From Nitrospira sp. (GTDB lineage: Bacteria > Nitrospirota > Nitrospiria > Nitrospirales > Nitrospiraceae), in contig AP038806.1 in the NCBI GenBank assembly GCA_047150005.1, positions 2,912,001-2,976,000 on the forward strand: a stretch of DNA of 64,000 nt. The letters run 5' to 3'. A program made the translations under genes and the position numbers. This document shows positions 9,511-20,587 of the stretch, piece by piece. How positions within the stretch are numbered: the first letter of the stretch is position 1; each line of letters starts with the position of its first letter. The notes beneath the pieces were generated by a model that was not told where the DNA came from, ran no database searches, and worked only from the letters and a program-made list of their open reading frames with translations.

Positions 9511-10199
9511 CGATTCGCGTGCTCATCACCGATGATCACGCCGTGCTCCGAGCCGGTCTTCGCGTCCTCATCGATGCCCAGCGGGATATGCAGGTCGTCG
9601 GCGAGGCCGGGGATGGACATGAGGCGGTGGCCAAGACGATCGCGACCAAGCCGGATGTCATCCTGCTCGACCTTTCCATGCCGGAGCACAGCGGACTGCG
9701 CGCAATCCCGTCAATCCGACAGCAATCCCCCGGCGCGCGCGTGCTTGTGCTGTCGATGTATGAGGATATCGCCTGTCTTCGCGCCGCACTCGATTCCGGT
9801 GCGGCGGGCTATGTGTCGAAAAAGGTCGCCGACACGGAACTCCTCGCAGCGATCCGCGCCGTGGCGGGCGGGAGAAAGTACTTCTGCTCATGCAGTCTGG
9901 AACTCCTGGTTCAAGCTTCGTCGAGGCTCGATCTCTCCGGCGTTGACGCGCGCGACGTCGACGCAAGCACCCTCAGCAAACGAGAGCGAGAGGTCTTGAC
10001 CATGGTGGTTGAGGGGTATACGCACCGACAGATCGCAGAACGACTCGGAGTCAGCATCAAGTCCGTGGAAAGCTATCGGACTCGCGTCCAAGAAAAGCTC
10101 GGACTCCAGACCCGCGTCGAGTTACACCGGTACGCGCTGGCGAGGGGGCTTCTGTGCTCGGATGGTCTGCGGGAACCTGATTCTCCAGCGAAGAGCTAA
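9507..10199 (+). CDS. NarL/LuxR-family response regulator
   Basis: DDHAVLR, LLDLSMP, LSKREREV HTH; ATGA overlap with the kinase. Confidence 0.93.
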   Translation: MTIRVLITDDHAVLRAGLRVLIDAQRDMQVVGEAGDGHEAVAKTIATKPDVILLDLSMPEHSGLRAIPSIRQQSPGARVLVLSMYEDIACLRAALDSGAAGYVSKKVADTELLAAIRAVAGGRKYFCSCSLELLVQASSRLDLSGVDARDVDASTLSKREREVLTMVVEGYTHRQIAERLGVSIKSVESYRTRVQEKLGLQTRVELHRYALARGLLCSDGLREPDSPAKS

Positions 10200-10477
10200 C
10201 CTGCCTGACGCGCTGCGGGTCTCCTCCTCCTGCACGGATTTTCCTGGCACCGGTGAGGTTTATTACGGATTTGCCCTCTTCCGTCTTCAACCGCTTCTGC
10301 CGATGATGGCCACGCCATATTGAACGGCTCCATGACAGATGAGTGGAACGACCGCCTTCTCGTACTGCGAGGGGGCAACGGTGTTTCCCGGCCATGTGAT
10401 CTCAACAGCGACGGCATTCGATGGCGTGCGGAACGTCACGCTCACTGAATGCAACCGTGAAGAGGGGAGGACATCGC

Positions 10478-10729
10478 ATGGACACCGGTCTTTTTGTTGA
10501 TGGGTTTCCTTCTTCGTTTACCGATCAGGATCTGAGAGAGTTATTCATCAATCATGGGGTCGTGGTATCCGCCAAAGTGGTCAGAGACCCTCGCGGTCGC
10601 TCCCTGGCATTCGGTTATGTGGAGATGGCCACGCCGCACGATGCGAACACTGCCATTCAGCGGCTGCATCGAAAGGCGTTGCATGGAAGCATCTTATTGG
10701 TCTCGTTGAATAAGACAAACGCCCGATGA
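10478..10729 (+). CDS. RNA-binding protein (RRM)
   Basis: LFVDGF (RNP2) and AFGYVEM (RNP1); RBS GGAGG. Confidence 0.85.
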   Translation: MDTGLFVDGFPSSFTDQDLRELFINHGVVVSAKVVRDPRGRSLAFGYVEMATPHDANTAIQRLHRKALHGSILLVSLNKTNAR

Positions 10730-10976
10730 GGAACCAGCCAGAAACGCACCGAGGATCACGCATGCCGATCGTCGACGATGCTTCCGCCGAACGCGTCGGC
10801 ATCCACCGTATCCTGAAAGATAGGGGTACACAGAAGTAGTCGCTGCCAAGCCGGCGCGTCATGCTTGTGTGCGTCCGAGACTGGATGCTTTGGGAGGACA
10901 AGTTGACCGGCACGAGTGAGACCATGGAGCAACGATTCCGAGATAAGGCACTGCGCTCTGTGGGCGGAGGAGACAT

Positions 10977-11855
10977 GTGGCCATCTTAGTCATCGATGAC
11001 TCCCCGGATGATCTGACCCTCGTCGAATACTGCCTGAAGGGGGCAGGCTATCAGGTCGTCACAGCAAACTCGGCAGAGGAGGGAATGCGATATCTTCTGG
11101 AAGTCGGCGAAGGAAAGCGGTCGGTCCCCATCGATCTGATCTTGCTCGATATCATGATGGACGGTCTCGATGGACTCGATGCGTGCAGGCGGATCAAAGC
11201 GACGGGCCGGCTGAAGGAGATCCCGATCGTCATGGTCTCGATTGATACGATGCCGGGCACGATCCAATTAGCCTTTCGACGAGGTGCGGTCGACTATATT
11301 CGCAAGCCCGTGATCAAGGCGGAATTATTAGCCAAGGTGGCCATGGTGCTCAAAGTCCAAGAAGACGCCCCGCACCGAACGGAGCCATTCCATGCCCAAC
11401 AGGGCGAACGCATCCAGCGTGATCCCGTAACGGGAATCATGACCTGGGGGGAAATGGACAAAATCTTCCAGCGAGAATGGGAGATCGCCATCCGAGAACG
11501 GCTTCCCATGTCCCTGATTGTCTTCAGGCCCGACGACTTTAAAGTGTTCAACGACAAATATGGGTATCAGACAGGCGACGACTGTTTGCGGATGATGGCT
11601 CAGACTGCCCAAGGGATGTTCACGCAGTCCGGGCAGTTCGTGGCACGCTATCGAGGAGCCGAGTTTGTCGTCATCCTGGTCGGTACGGAAGAAGAGGCTG
11701 CCAAAACTATGGCGGACCGACTCAGGGAGGCCATCGAAGATCTCGACCTGGGACTCACTCTCGCCCTCGGAACGGCGACGGTGACTGCCGATGGGCACGC
11801 CTCGCGTGACATGCTACTCGCGCTTGCCAAAAACCATCTCGGTAAGACTCAGTAG
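10977..11855 (+). CDS. Response regulator with degenerate GGDEF domain
   Basis: REC domain (IDDS, LLDIMM); DDFKVFNDKYGYQTGD, but the active site reads RYRGAEF. Confidence 0.85.
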   Translation: MAILVIDDSPDDLTLVEYCLKGAGYQVVTANSAEEGMRYLLEVGEGKRSVPIDLILLDIMMDGLDGLDACRRIKATGRLKEIPIVMVSIDTMPGTIQLAFRRGAVDYIRKPVIKAELLAKVAMVLKVQEDAPHRTEPFHAQQGERIQRDPVTGIMTWGEMDKIFQREWEIAIRERLPMSLIVFRPDDFKVFNDKYGYQTGDDCLRMMAQTAQGMFTQSGQFVARYRGAEFVVILVGTEEEAAKTMADRLREAIEDLDLGLTLALGTATVTADGHASRDMLLALAKNHLGKTQ

Positions 11856-11924
11856 AAGGACTCTGGTGGGCGAGAGCATAGAAGGTGCGGTGTGCCTTGA
11901 ACTGAGACTCTGGTACGGCGCGGC

Positions 11925-12311
11925 ATGTTGAGAAAGAGCAGAACGCTGAACGGGGAACGAGCATCGATCCTTGCCTATTGCCGGGTGATGCGGATCGGTT
12001 CCCATATCACTGTTTCGGCTATGGCGATGGATGGTAACGGCGACATTGTCGGACCGAACGATCCCTACATCCAGACGGCGCAATGTTTGCGAAACATTGA
12101 GGCTGCGTTGGCGGAGGAAGGCGCTTCCTTGGCCGATGTCGTGAAGACGCGGGTGTGTGTCGCCGATTCCGATCATGGAGTCAAGATTAACAGAGCCTAC
12201 GACGCTGTCTTTCGACGGTTCTTTTCGGCCGCCCGAATAGAGGTCCGCCGTTTCATGCTGCCGGAAATCCTGGTGGAGATAGAGGTCGATGCCGTCATTG
12301 CAGAAACATAA
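11925..12311 (+). CDS. RidA/YjgF-family protein
   Basis: QTAQCLRNIEAAL...DVVKTRV...LVEIEVDA. Confidence 0.85.
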   Translation: MLRKSRTLNGERASILAYCRVMRIGSHITVSAMAMDGNGDIVGPNDPYIQTAQCLRNIEAALAEEGASLADVVKTRVCVADSDHGVKINRAYDAVFRRFFSAARIEVRRFMLPEILVEIEVDAVIAET

Positions 12312-12425
12312 CGGCGACGGGGTCATGCGTTCGTGGAGAAGATGTGTGGCTCATGAGATTCGTTTTACCCGATGTTTGCTTGGCGGCGTACGTAAGCGAT
12401 CAAGAACGTTGTCACGTACTCCGGG

Positions 12426-13175
12426 ATGGGGAGCAGGGGAAAAGGATCACCTCCCCTGACACAGGACGGCGCTCATCGCATTGAATTGTGCCACATCGCC
12501 TTTTATGGGCGCACGCTTGCCGAGTACTTGAGGATTTGTGATGTGGATCTTCTGTCCTGGCGAGACTGCACCATTCTCGACTGTCCGGGAGGTGCATCCT
12601 CGTTTGTCGCGGAGGCTCGTCGAGAGGGCGTGCAGATGTTTGCGTGCGATCCGTTGTATGGGGCCGACGTCTCAAGTTTGATTGAGAGGGGTGAAGCGGA
12701 CATTCAACACGTGATCGACCGTGTGGCCCGCGTGCCTCATCTCTTCCTGTGGAATTGCTATTCTTCTCTCGACGATCTGCAAGCGAACCGGCTGTTGGCG
12801 TTGCGCTGGTTCCAATATGACTACCAGCGCGGGCTTGAAGAACAGCGATACGTCAAAGGGGAACTCCCGCGGCTGCCCTTCGAGGACCATCGCTTCGATC
12901 TCGTGCTCAGCGGGCACTTTCTCTTCACCTACAGCGATCGGTTCGATTATGCATTCCATCTCACCGCGCTCCTTGAACTATTTCGGGTCAGCGCCCGAGA
13001 GGTCAGGATCTATCCGCTCCAGGGTCCCGATTCGCAAACATATCCCCATATGGAGCATTTGCTCTCGGCTCTGAAGCACAAAGGCATCCGGGCCCAGATC
13101 TGTCCCGTGCCCTTTGAGTTCCAACGCGGGAGCAACCAGATGCTGCGGTTGGTTCGGAGACATGTAGACGCTTGA
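12426..13175 (+). CDS. SAM-dependent methyltransferase-like protein
   Basis: ILDCPGGASSF, LPRLPF..FDLVLSGHFLF. Confidence 0.8.
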   Translation: MGSRGKGSPPLTQDGAHRIELCHIAFYGRTLAEYLRICDVDLLSWRDCTILDCPGGASSFVAEARREGVQMFACDPLYGADVSSLIERGEADIQHVIDRVARVPHLFLWNCYSSLDDLQANRLLALRWFQYDYQRGLEEQRYVKGELPRLPFEDHRFDLVLSGHFLFTYSDRFDYAFHLTALLELFRVSAREVRIYPLQGPDSQTYPHMEHLLSALKHKGIRAQICPVPFEFQRGSNQMLRLVRRHVDA

Positions 13176-13408
13176 GCACCTTCCGACGGCGAACGCCCAT
13201 ACTTCTGCGCGGGATTTAAGCGGACATTCTGAAGTTCTACGGTGACCGCCCGATGCTCGTGGCAAGAAAATCGGAATGTCCCCTCATAACATCCCGCGAT
13301 GTCGCAACGAAGCTCGCGTCGGTAAGATTATACGCGACTCAATTCGTCCTCTTGAGCAGACCGGGCCAATGCGTTATTCTGCTAACCCACACTGGAGGCG
13401 ACGACACT

Positions 13409-14191
13409 ATGCCACGACGAAGCAGGACCGGGTTGCAGCGGGCGGACATTCTGGAACGGTATCTGGCGCGGTTTCGCAAGCACCTGGGGATGTTTCAAAC
13501 GTTTCTGTCGCGCAAACGTCCCTCGATGTCGCTGGAGGATTTCGATGAGGCTGCCGAAGAGTTGATCGCCCAGGTCTATGGCCAAGCGTCCGACGAACTG
13601 GAAGCCTACTTCTATGCCAAGAACGGCGAAGCCGCGATTCTGCCGGAGGAAGCCCAGGAAAGCGGGACGCACGACGTCGAACGGGAAAGCCTGCAGCAGC
13701 GCCGGCAGGTGCTCGAAAGCTGCCTGGCCGACCTGGAGATGCGCTATCGTGTGCAGACCAAACGGCGGCCCGGCGCCAACGGCCGTGTCATGGGGAAGCG
13801 GACCGTGGAGGATTATATGTCCCACGAAGTCCACAGCATTCATCGCGCCGCGACCATCAAGGAAGCGGGACGACTGCTGCAGAAATACAAAGTGGGCTCC
13901 CTCATCGTGGACGACGGCTCGCGATACATCGGGATCGTGACGGATTCCGACTTGAGCCGAAAAGCGGTCGCCAAGGGGCTTGATCCGAATACGACCGCGG
14001 TCCTGGCATGCATGAGCAAACCGGTCGTCTCGATCGAGGAGACCGAGCCGATCTCGGACGCCATCGAGTTGATGAAACAGGAAAAGATCCGCCACCTCGC
14101 CGTGACGGCCGATCGGACGATCATCGGGGTGCTGTCGATTTCCGACGTGTTGCGGGCTTACGAAGATGTGACGGGTTCTCCCACCAGCTGA
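13409..14191 (+). CDS. CBS-domain protein
   Basis: Paired CBS repeats (IGIVTDSDL, IRHLAV, IGVLSISD); RBS GGAGG before 13409. Confidence 0.85.
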   Translation: MPRRSRTGLQRADILERYLARFRKHLGMFQTFLSRKRPSMSLEDFDEAAEELIAQVYGQASDELEAYFYAKNGEAAILPEEAQESGTHDVERESLQQRRQVLESCLADLEMRYRVQTKRRPGANGRVMGKRTVEDYMSHEVHSIHRAATIKEAGRLLQKYKVGSLIVDDGSRYIGIVTDSDLSRKAVAKGLDPNTTAVLACMSKPVVSIEETEPISDAIELMKQEKIRHLAVTADRTIIGVLSISDVLRAYEDVTGSPTS

Positions 14192-14267
14192 TACCTTCAT
14201 TGCCGCATGGCGGGCGGACGGATCGTCCGCCCGCCGAATCCACTACCCCCGGAACCGAGCACAGACC

Positions 14268-16106
14268 ATGCCGCCGACTTTGCTGTTAAGCTGCGAATCT
14301 CTCGGCAAGCGCTACGGCGTCAAGGCCCTCTTCTCCGACTTGTCGCTCACGCTCAACGAGGGTGATCGCGTCGGGCTCATCGGTCCCAACGGGTCCGGCA
14401 AATCCACCCTGCTCAAGATCCTGGCCGGCTTGACTGAGCCGGATGACGGATCGCGGTCGCTTCGGCGTCACACCCATATCGGGTATGTGGCTCAGGAGCC
14501 GGCGTTTCTCGACGGACACACGGTGGAGGAGACTCTGGCGACGGCGCTGATCGCCGACGGACTGGATCCCCACGAACAGAGCGATCGGATCGCCAGGACC
14601 ATCGGCCTGGGACGGTTCGCGCGCGCCGATCAGCCGGTTGCCGAACTGTCGGGAGGGTGGAAGAAGCGACTGGCGATCGCACTGGCCTTGCTCACGGAGC
14701 CGGACATCCTCCTCATGGACGAGCCCACGAATCATCTCGATCTCGAGGGGATTCTCTGGCTGGAAGCCATGCTCCGGGACGAGGCCCGCGCCTGTCTCTT
14801 CGTCAGTCATGACCGGCGGTTTCTAGAATCCGTCGCCTCGCGGATCTGGGAACTTAATCGCGTCTATCCGGGCGGCCTCTTCGAGGCTCAAGGCCGGTAC
14901 AGTGATTTTCTGGAGCGGCGCGATGCCGTGCTCCGATCGCAGGCCGAGTATCAGGCGTCGCTCGCCAATCGCGTTCGGCGTGAGGTGGAATGGCTGCGGC
15001 GTGGGCCGAAAGCGAGAACGACGAAGGCCAAGGCCAGGGTGGATGCGGCGGGTCGGATGATCGACGAGCTGGAAACCATCGAAGATCGCCGCCGGCAGGC
15101 CGCGGCGGCGATCGACTTCTCCGCGTCCGGGCGAAAATCGAAACAACTGCTCGTGGCGTCGGGTCTCGGTAAGTCGTTAGGCGGCCGGCCGATCGTGTCG
15201 GATCTGGATCTGCTGCTCGGACCGGGAGAACGAATCGGCCTGCTCGGTCCGAACGGAAGCGGCAAGACGACGCTCTTGCGGATGTTGGCGGGCACGCTGG
15301 AACCGGATCGAGGAACCCTCATCCGCGCCGACCGGCTCCGCGTGGTTACGTTCGAGCAGCACCGGGACTCCTTGAATCAGGATGAAACATTGAGGCGGGC
15401 GCTGGCGCCGGCCGGCGATGCGGTCATGTATCAAGAGCGCTCGGTTCACGTGATGTCCTGGGCCAAACGGTTCCTGTTCAGGCCGGAGCAACTCGATCTG
15501 CCGGTCTCGCGCCTCTCGGGAGGCGAACAGGCGCGCCTACTGATCGCCCGCCTGATGCTGGAGCCTGCCGATGTGCTGATCCTCGACGAGCCGACCAACG
15601 ATCTGGACATTCCCACGCTCGATGTGCTGGAAGACAGTCTACTGGAGTTTGCCGGGGCCCTCGTCTTGGTCACGCACGACCGCTGGCTGCTGGATCGTGT
15701 CTCGACTAGGCTGCTGGCGCTGGACGGTGCGGGGCGCGCGGACTGGTTCGCCGACTATGCTCAGTGGGAAACAGCCAAGCTGCGACGAGAGCGAGCGCCG
15801 GATGAGGAGACGAGGGCGCAATCGGAGGCTGCCGTCACGGCCGCACCGGCCGGCTCTCAGAAACGGAAGGGATTGTCCTACCGCGAGCGCCAGGAATGGG
15901 AGAAGATGGAGGCCGTGATTCTGGAAGCGGAGCGCACCCTGTCGGTTCGCGAGGCGGCGGCCAACGACCCGGCGATCGCCTCGTCCGCCGAGCAGCTACA
16001 AGAACGATTCGCGGCGCTGCATGCGGCTCAGGCCGATGTCGAGCGACTCTATGTCCGGTGGGCCGAACTGGAAGAGAAGCGGGCGCAGGGAGCCGGCGGC
16101 GGCTGA
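14268..16106 (+). CDS. uup: ABC-F family ATPase (Uup-like)
   Basis: Two GPNGSGK Walker A motifs, DEPTNHLD/DEPTNDLD, EWLRRGPKARTTK, C-terminal coiled coil. Confidence 0.88.
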   Translation: MPPTLLLSCESLGKRYGVKALFSDLSLTLNEGDRVGLIGPNGSGKSTLLKILAGLTEPDDGSRSLRRHTHIGYVAQEPAFLDGHTVEETLATALIADGLDPHEQSDRIARTIGLGRFARADQPVAELSGGWKKRLAIALALLTEPDILLMDEPTNHLDLEGILWLEAMLRDEARACLFVSHDRRFLESVASRIWELNRVYPGGLFEAQGRYSDFLERRDAVLRSQAEYQASLANRVRREVEWLRRGPKARTTKAKARVDAAGRMIDELETIEDRRRQAAAAIDFSASGRKSKQLLVASGLGKSLGGRPIVSDLDLLLGPGERIGLLGPNGSGKTTLLRMLAGTLEPDRGTLIRADRLRVVTFEQHRDSLNQDETLRRALAPAGDAVMYQERSVHVMSWAKRFLFRPEQLDLPVSRLSGGEQARLLIARLMLEPADVLILDEPTNDLDIPTLDVLEDSLLEFAGALVLVTHDRWLLDRVSTRLLALDGAGRADWFADYAQWETAKLRRERAPDEETRAQSEAAVTAAPAGSQKRKGLSYRERQEWEKMEAVILEAERTLSVREAAANDPAIASSAEQLQERFAALHAAQADVERLYVRWAELEEKRAQGAGGG

Positions 16107-16120
16107 AGGCGAACGGCCCT

Positions 16121-16606
16121 CTAAAACAGCCGGCCGCACGACGGCGGTGAGTCCGACGTGTCGGATCGATCCCCGGTGCGACGCGCCTGTTCAAGACCGG
16201 CACGGGCCAAGGCGTCCGCCCGTTCGTTCTCCGGGTGGCCGGCGTGACCCTTAACCCAGTGCCATTCGAGAATATGGCGGGCGGCCAGCGCATCGAGGCA
16301 TCGCCAGAGGTCTTCGTTCTTCACCGGATCCTTCCCGGCCGTCTTCCAGCCGCGGCGCTTCCAACTGTGGATCCACTCGCTGATGCCTTTTTGCACGTAC
16401 TGCGAGTCCGTATAGACACGCGCCTCCATCGGTTCGGGAAACGATTGCAGGGCTTCGATCACCGCACGCAGTTCCATGCGATTGTTCGTCGTGGCCGGCT
16501 CACCGCCGCACAGCTCCGTCTCGATGGCTCCGATGCGCAGTAGCACGCCCCAACCGCCGGGGCCGGGGTTTCCGCTGCAGGCTCCGTCCGCATAAATTTC
16601 AATCAT
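16121..16606 (-). CDS. rnhA: Ribonuclease HI
   Basis: [45 protein letters not shown]. Confidence 0.97.
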   Translation of the reverse strand: MIEIYADGACSGNPGPGGWGVLLRIGAIETELCGGEPATTNNRMELRAVIEALQSFPEPMEARVYTDSQYVQKGISEWIHSWKRRGWKTAGKDPVKNEDLWRCLDALAARHILEWHWVKGHAGHPENERADALARAGLEQARRTGDRSDTSDSPPSCGRLF

Positions 16607-16802
16607 CGTCCAGCCTTGGTTATGATGGTAGATCGCGGCGTGGGAGAGAGTACGTGTCCGGCGCGCAAAGATCAATTCCATCGCCAAACACGCGGCGGAA
16701 TGGTCGCTGAAGGACTGTGGTACTCTACCCATCCAAACGGACGCGTGTTCCGTAGGAAAGAGGTAGCACGCACTTCTCATTTTCACCCTAAGGAGGTCTC
16801 TC

Positions 16803-17177
16803 ATGATACTGCGACGGGGATTGGCAGCGATGCTCTGCATGGCGTTCCTGGGCGTCACGGCGGCCTATGCCGACATGGGGCACGGGCATGTGGCGGTGCC
16901 GCTCAAGGCTACGGCCGGGTCGAAGGCCGAAACGCATGTTGCTGAAGGGATCATGCATTACGAGAAGGGGCATATGGACGAGGCCAAGAAGCATTTCACG
17001 GCAGCGGCCCAAGCCGATCCGCAATCGGCCGAGGCCCATTATGACGTCGCCTTGGTGTTGGATAAGACGGGCGACCATAAGGGAGCGATCGAGCATTTCA
17101 AAAAGGCGCAAGAGCTGGGGAAGGACAATCCAGATATCCAGAACTCCGAAATTCTAAAGAAACACGTCAAGATGTGA
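16803..17177 (+). CDS. Secreted TPR-repeat protein
   Basis: Signal peptide; TPR pattern [24 protein letters not shown]. Confidence 0.8.
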   Translation: MILRRGLAAMLCMAFLGVTAAYADMGHGHVAVPLKATAGSKAETHVAEGIMHYEKGHMDEAKKHFTAAAQADPQSAEAHYDVALVLDKTGDHKGAIEHFKKAQELGKDNPDIQNSEILKKHVKM

Positions 17178-17273
17178 AGCGGTGTCAGTCGATCGAGGCG
17201 CGGCAACGGTGCATCGTTGCCGCGCCTCACGGCCGATTCGTTCGAATGCGGCAATCTCTCTTCTTGTGCGCTG

Positions 17274-18518
17274 CTAGTTGGACGAATTGGCCGCGTTCAC
17301 GTAGGTTTTTCGGTAGGTCGTGACTTTCTCCAGATAGTTCCTCGTTTCCTGATAGGGGAGCTTGGTTCGCAGCTTGTCGTAGAGCGAGGCCGGTGGGAGT
17401 TCGTTGATCTGCTGGAGCGCGGTCGTCCGGTTTTTTGAGAACGTGCGGAAGACGTTCCCGGCGCCCGTATTGTAGGCGGCGATGACGCAGTATTCCCGCG
17501 ACACCTGGTTGGCGACGTCGTCCAGTTGGCTGAACATCAGCACGTTCAGAAAGGCCGTCCCCAGTTCGACGTTGTGCTCCGGGTCGAACAGGTAGTCGCG
17601 CGTCGGCGTCACATCCTGCCGCTTGGCGCGCCGATAGGCCTCGCGTCCGCCGCTGGTCGGAACCAGTTGCATGAGGCCGTAGGCCGGAACCGGACTGACG
17701 GCGTAGGGATTGAAGTTGCTTTCCGTCCGCATGATCGCGAAGACGAGGCTCGGGCTCATCTTGTACTGTTCGGCGAATCGCATGACGTAGGGGCGGTATT
17801 TCTCCGCCTGCTTCTGCGAGAGATTGGCCACCATCTTCATCGTGACATAGGTGGCCTGCTTCTTCGAGCCGTTCTGATCGATCGTTCTCGTGGCGGCTTT
17901 CTTCTCGACCAGATAGTCCGCGAAGGAGTCCGCCGCCTCCGGCGTCCTGATCGGCTTGTTCTGTTGATCCAGCACGAGGCCGAGCAGATAGGGTTCTTCC
18001 TCGGCGGTGACCGGGATCTCCTTGTCTGAAAAGAGATCGACCGTTCGCGGGTCTTGCGGCGTCAACAGCGTGGTCGCGATCGCCCGGTTGAGGCTCTTGC
18101 GCGAGTCGCTCGTATCCAGTGTCTCCACGGTGATTTCCGCCTTGTCGAAGTCCACGATAGCGCGGCTCTTATAGCTGTGCGTGTACTTCACGTACTTCTT
18201 TTTCTCCGGGAGCTTCACTTCTTTCTGCCCCCACTTCTCGGCGACCTTCCCGTTGAGCGCCTTGTAGAGCGTCTGGAAGTCGCGTTGCGCTGCGCGCAGG
18301 TCGCTGAGCAGCCGATCGGGATCTTGGGCATATTGGTCAACACGACGCTGGACGGCTTTGGAGGGCTCTTTGCTTTGCACGACGTCGAGGACGGTTCTCC
18401 CGGTGCGGCTGGCGAGCGCCTGCTCCGTCGCGGCGATCATGCGGTCGGTCGATTCGCAACTCAGGAGGGTGGTGGAAAACGCTACGGAGACCAGCAGCCT
18501 GATTCGCGAGCCGAACAT
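17274..18518 (-). CDS. mltC: Membrane-bound lytic murein transglycosylase C-like lipoprotein
   Basis: Lipobox LLSC; YVKYT..YKSR; AIMRTESNFNPYAVS, GLMQL, AAYNTG. Confidence 0.85.
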   Translation of the reverse strand: MFGSRIRLLVSVAFSTTLLSCESTDRMIAATEQALASRTGRTVLDVVQSKEPSKAVQRRVDQYAQDPDRLLSDLRAAQRDFQTLYKALNGKVAEKWGQKEVKLPEKKKYVKYTHSYKSRAIVDFDKAEITVETLDTSDSRKSLNRAIATTLLTPQDPRTVDLFSDKEIPVTAEEEPYLLGLVLDQQNKPIRTPEAADSFADYLVEKKAATRTIDQNGSKKQATYVTMKMVANLSQKQAEKYRPYVMRFAEQYKMSPSLVFAIMRTESNFNPYAVSPVPAYGLMQLVPTSGGREAYRRAKRQDVTPTRDYLFDPEHNVELGTAFLNVLMFSQLDDVANQVSREYCVIAAYNTGAGNVFRTFSKNRTTALQQINELPPASLYDKLRTKLPYQETRNYLEKVTTYRKTYVNAANSSN

Positions 18519-18695
18519 GACGGCATTGTACTATAAGGAATGCAGAATCCGATGTCTCTACGAGAAGTGCTCAGGGAGCAAAGTCGCGATGATGTCTTCT
18601 GAGAGGCTCGGCCCCCGATGCTTCCGCATCGGGGGCCGGACCGCCCGGTCACCGCTGCCTCATAAGGAATCGCTGCTCAGGTCCGTTGCCGCCAG

Positions 18696-19025
18696 TCACT
18701 TCTGGTCTTTCTTATTCTTTGACTCCTGGCTTGTCGAATCGGCCGAGACATCGATCTGGTCTTTGGCCAGTTGTTCGCCGGATTGGAAAGACGGACTCTG
18801 CATCACATGGACGTCATCGAAGGCCGCCGCTTCCATCAGGGCCTTGTCGCCGATGGCGTTGGCCCGACCCGGATCGTTCGCGAGCGATTGACCGCTGACG
18901 GGATCGAGGGCTTTGCCCATCGGATAGCCCGGATGTTTCGGCAACGTCGCCGGGTTGGCAGAGGCCGGAGCGCTCGTCACACATACGACTGCCACAATGG
19001 TGAGCAGGACAAGAATGATTTTCAT
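18696..19025 (-). CDS. Secreted hypothetical protein
   Basis: Signal peptide ending ASA; RBS GGAGG. Confidence 0.65.
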   Translation of the reverse strand: MKIILVLLTIVAVVCVTSAPASANPATLPKHPGYPMGKALDPVSGQSLANDPGRANAIGDKALMEAAAFDDVHVMQSPSFQSGEQLAKDQIDVSADSTSQESKNKKDQK

Positions 19026-19647
19026 GGTGGAACCTCCTTTGTAGCTGGAAACCATGACAACGACTCGGAGGTCTGGGGCAGCAGCAAGGTGACGTAGAGA
19101 TGTGAACGGCGACGATCGTCCTACCCCGGATTCACGGAGACCTCCAAGGCTTCTTTTCAGACTGCCTCCCGCTCAGGGCCGGAGTCAAGCCGTCTTAATG
19201 CGGCCGGTCGAGCGGCTCCGCGCCTCGCGCGCTGCCTCGTTACGATCCCACTGCGTCGGCCCGTAAGTCTCAGCTAAGGCGACGTCTCTCGTCGAAATGT
19301 CGATCTCTGCCGTTCCGCTAGGAGAGCGGGTTTTCTGGTGCTTGACGCGTCCAGAGCCCAGGCGTAGAGTGATCGCTGATTCGGCCGCCTCATCCGCGAG
19401 GTGGGGGCCATGAACATCGATGGAGCAGTGATCCATTATGATGAGCATGGCAAGTGCGGTCTCTTCTCACCCCGACATTTCCTTCACCAGATAGCCCCGT
19501 TAACGGATTCTCCGTCCTTCTTCCCCTGTTTCAGTTTCAGCCGTGACTCTACCGATTCTTCTGTGGTCGGTTTCGTCAAACATCCGTGCCCTGCGGCGCA
19601 GCGCACGATTGGTCCGCCCCGCCGGGCAACTCAGAAAGGAGGGTGTC

Positions 19648-20025
19648 ATGAAAGCTGTGATTGCTGCGGTCCTCATGGTCGGTGCGCTTCTCTGTCTGAC
19701 CGTCGGCACGGCCTGGGCGGAGAAGGCCTGGGTTGACGAGATCAACAATTCACTGTCGTTCACCATGGCGAATTATCCCAATTCGAACTGGGAACCCTAT
19801 CAGCAGAAACTGCATAAGGTGCATGACGCAGTCAGCCGTGGCGACAATCAGGCGGTCAGGATGGAAATGGGCAAGTGGTTCAAGATGCTCCGGCACCGCG
19901 ACTTCGGCATCAGTGACGTGGCGGCCGACGAGCTGTACAACTTCTCCCTGATGGTGACGCCGATTCAGGAATACGGTATTGCCGTTCCTGCCGGTCCGGC
20001 CGGTCTGGGGGATACGAGCTACTAG
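19648..20025 (+). CDS. Secreted hypothetical protein
   Basis: RBS AAGGAGG; signal peptide ending AWA. Confidence 0.7.
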   Translation: MKAVIAAVLMVGALLCLTVGTAWAEKAWVDEINNSLSFTMANYPNSNWEPYQQKLHKVHDAVSRGDNQAVRMEMGKWFKMLRHRDFGISDVAADELYNFSLMVTPIQEYGIAVPAGPAGLGDTSY

Positions 20026-20074
20026 CATCATTCCTGTCGCCGGAGGAATGGTGCGGACACAGAGGAGGTGTCCC

Positions 20075-20587
20075 ATGCAACGTTATCGTCGAACCGTGCT
20101 CCTGGGGCTGATGGCGGTGTGTCTTGCCGCGCCGGTTGGAGCGGAACAATCCCAGGACATCATTCTCAGTGCGCACTATGGATTCAGCGGGGTGATCTCC
20201 AAGATCGAGTCGGGAATGTTGTTCGTCCGAAGCGACGTCAATCTGCAGCCCAGGGTCGTCAGTCCCATGAAAGCCGACCGGGTCGGCCTCCATGATGCCA
20301 AGGTGGGCGACGCCGTGAACCTGTTGGTTGACTCAGGCAATGTCCTGATCGATGTCTCCCGCACGGATCGGTACTTCCCCGATCACCGGTTTCTAGTCGG
20401 CACCGTTCGGTATGCCGATCCGTACTGGCACGAGATCCAGCTCTCCACCCCGGAGGGGACGGCCACATTTGAGGTGGATGCGTTAGTCGGAACCAAGCTG
20501 TCCACGCTTCCGGAAGGGGCTCCGGTCACGCTCGAGCTGGATGCGGACAATGTGATGATCGATATCTATCGTGACCGGTCACGCTGA
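20075..20587 (+). CDS. Secreted hypothetical protein
   Basis: RBS GAGGAGG; signal peptide; internal twofold repeat. Confidence 0.7.
   Translation: MQRYRRTVLLGLMAVCLAAPVGAEQSQDIILSAHYGFSGVISKIESGMLFVRSDVNLQPRVVSPMKADRVGLHDAKVGDAVNLLVDSGNVLIDVSRTDRYFPDHRFLVGTVRYADPYWHEIQLSTPEGTATFEVDALVGTKLSTLPEGAPVTLELDADNVMIDIYRDRSR

Noticed and set aside
16607..16858. 84-aa N-terminal extension on RNase HI
   Set aside because: It overlaps the divergent TPR gene and its promoter; homology starts at Met 16606.
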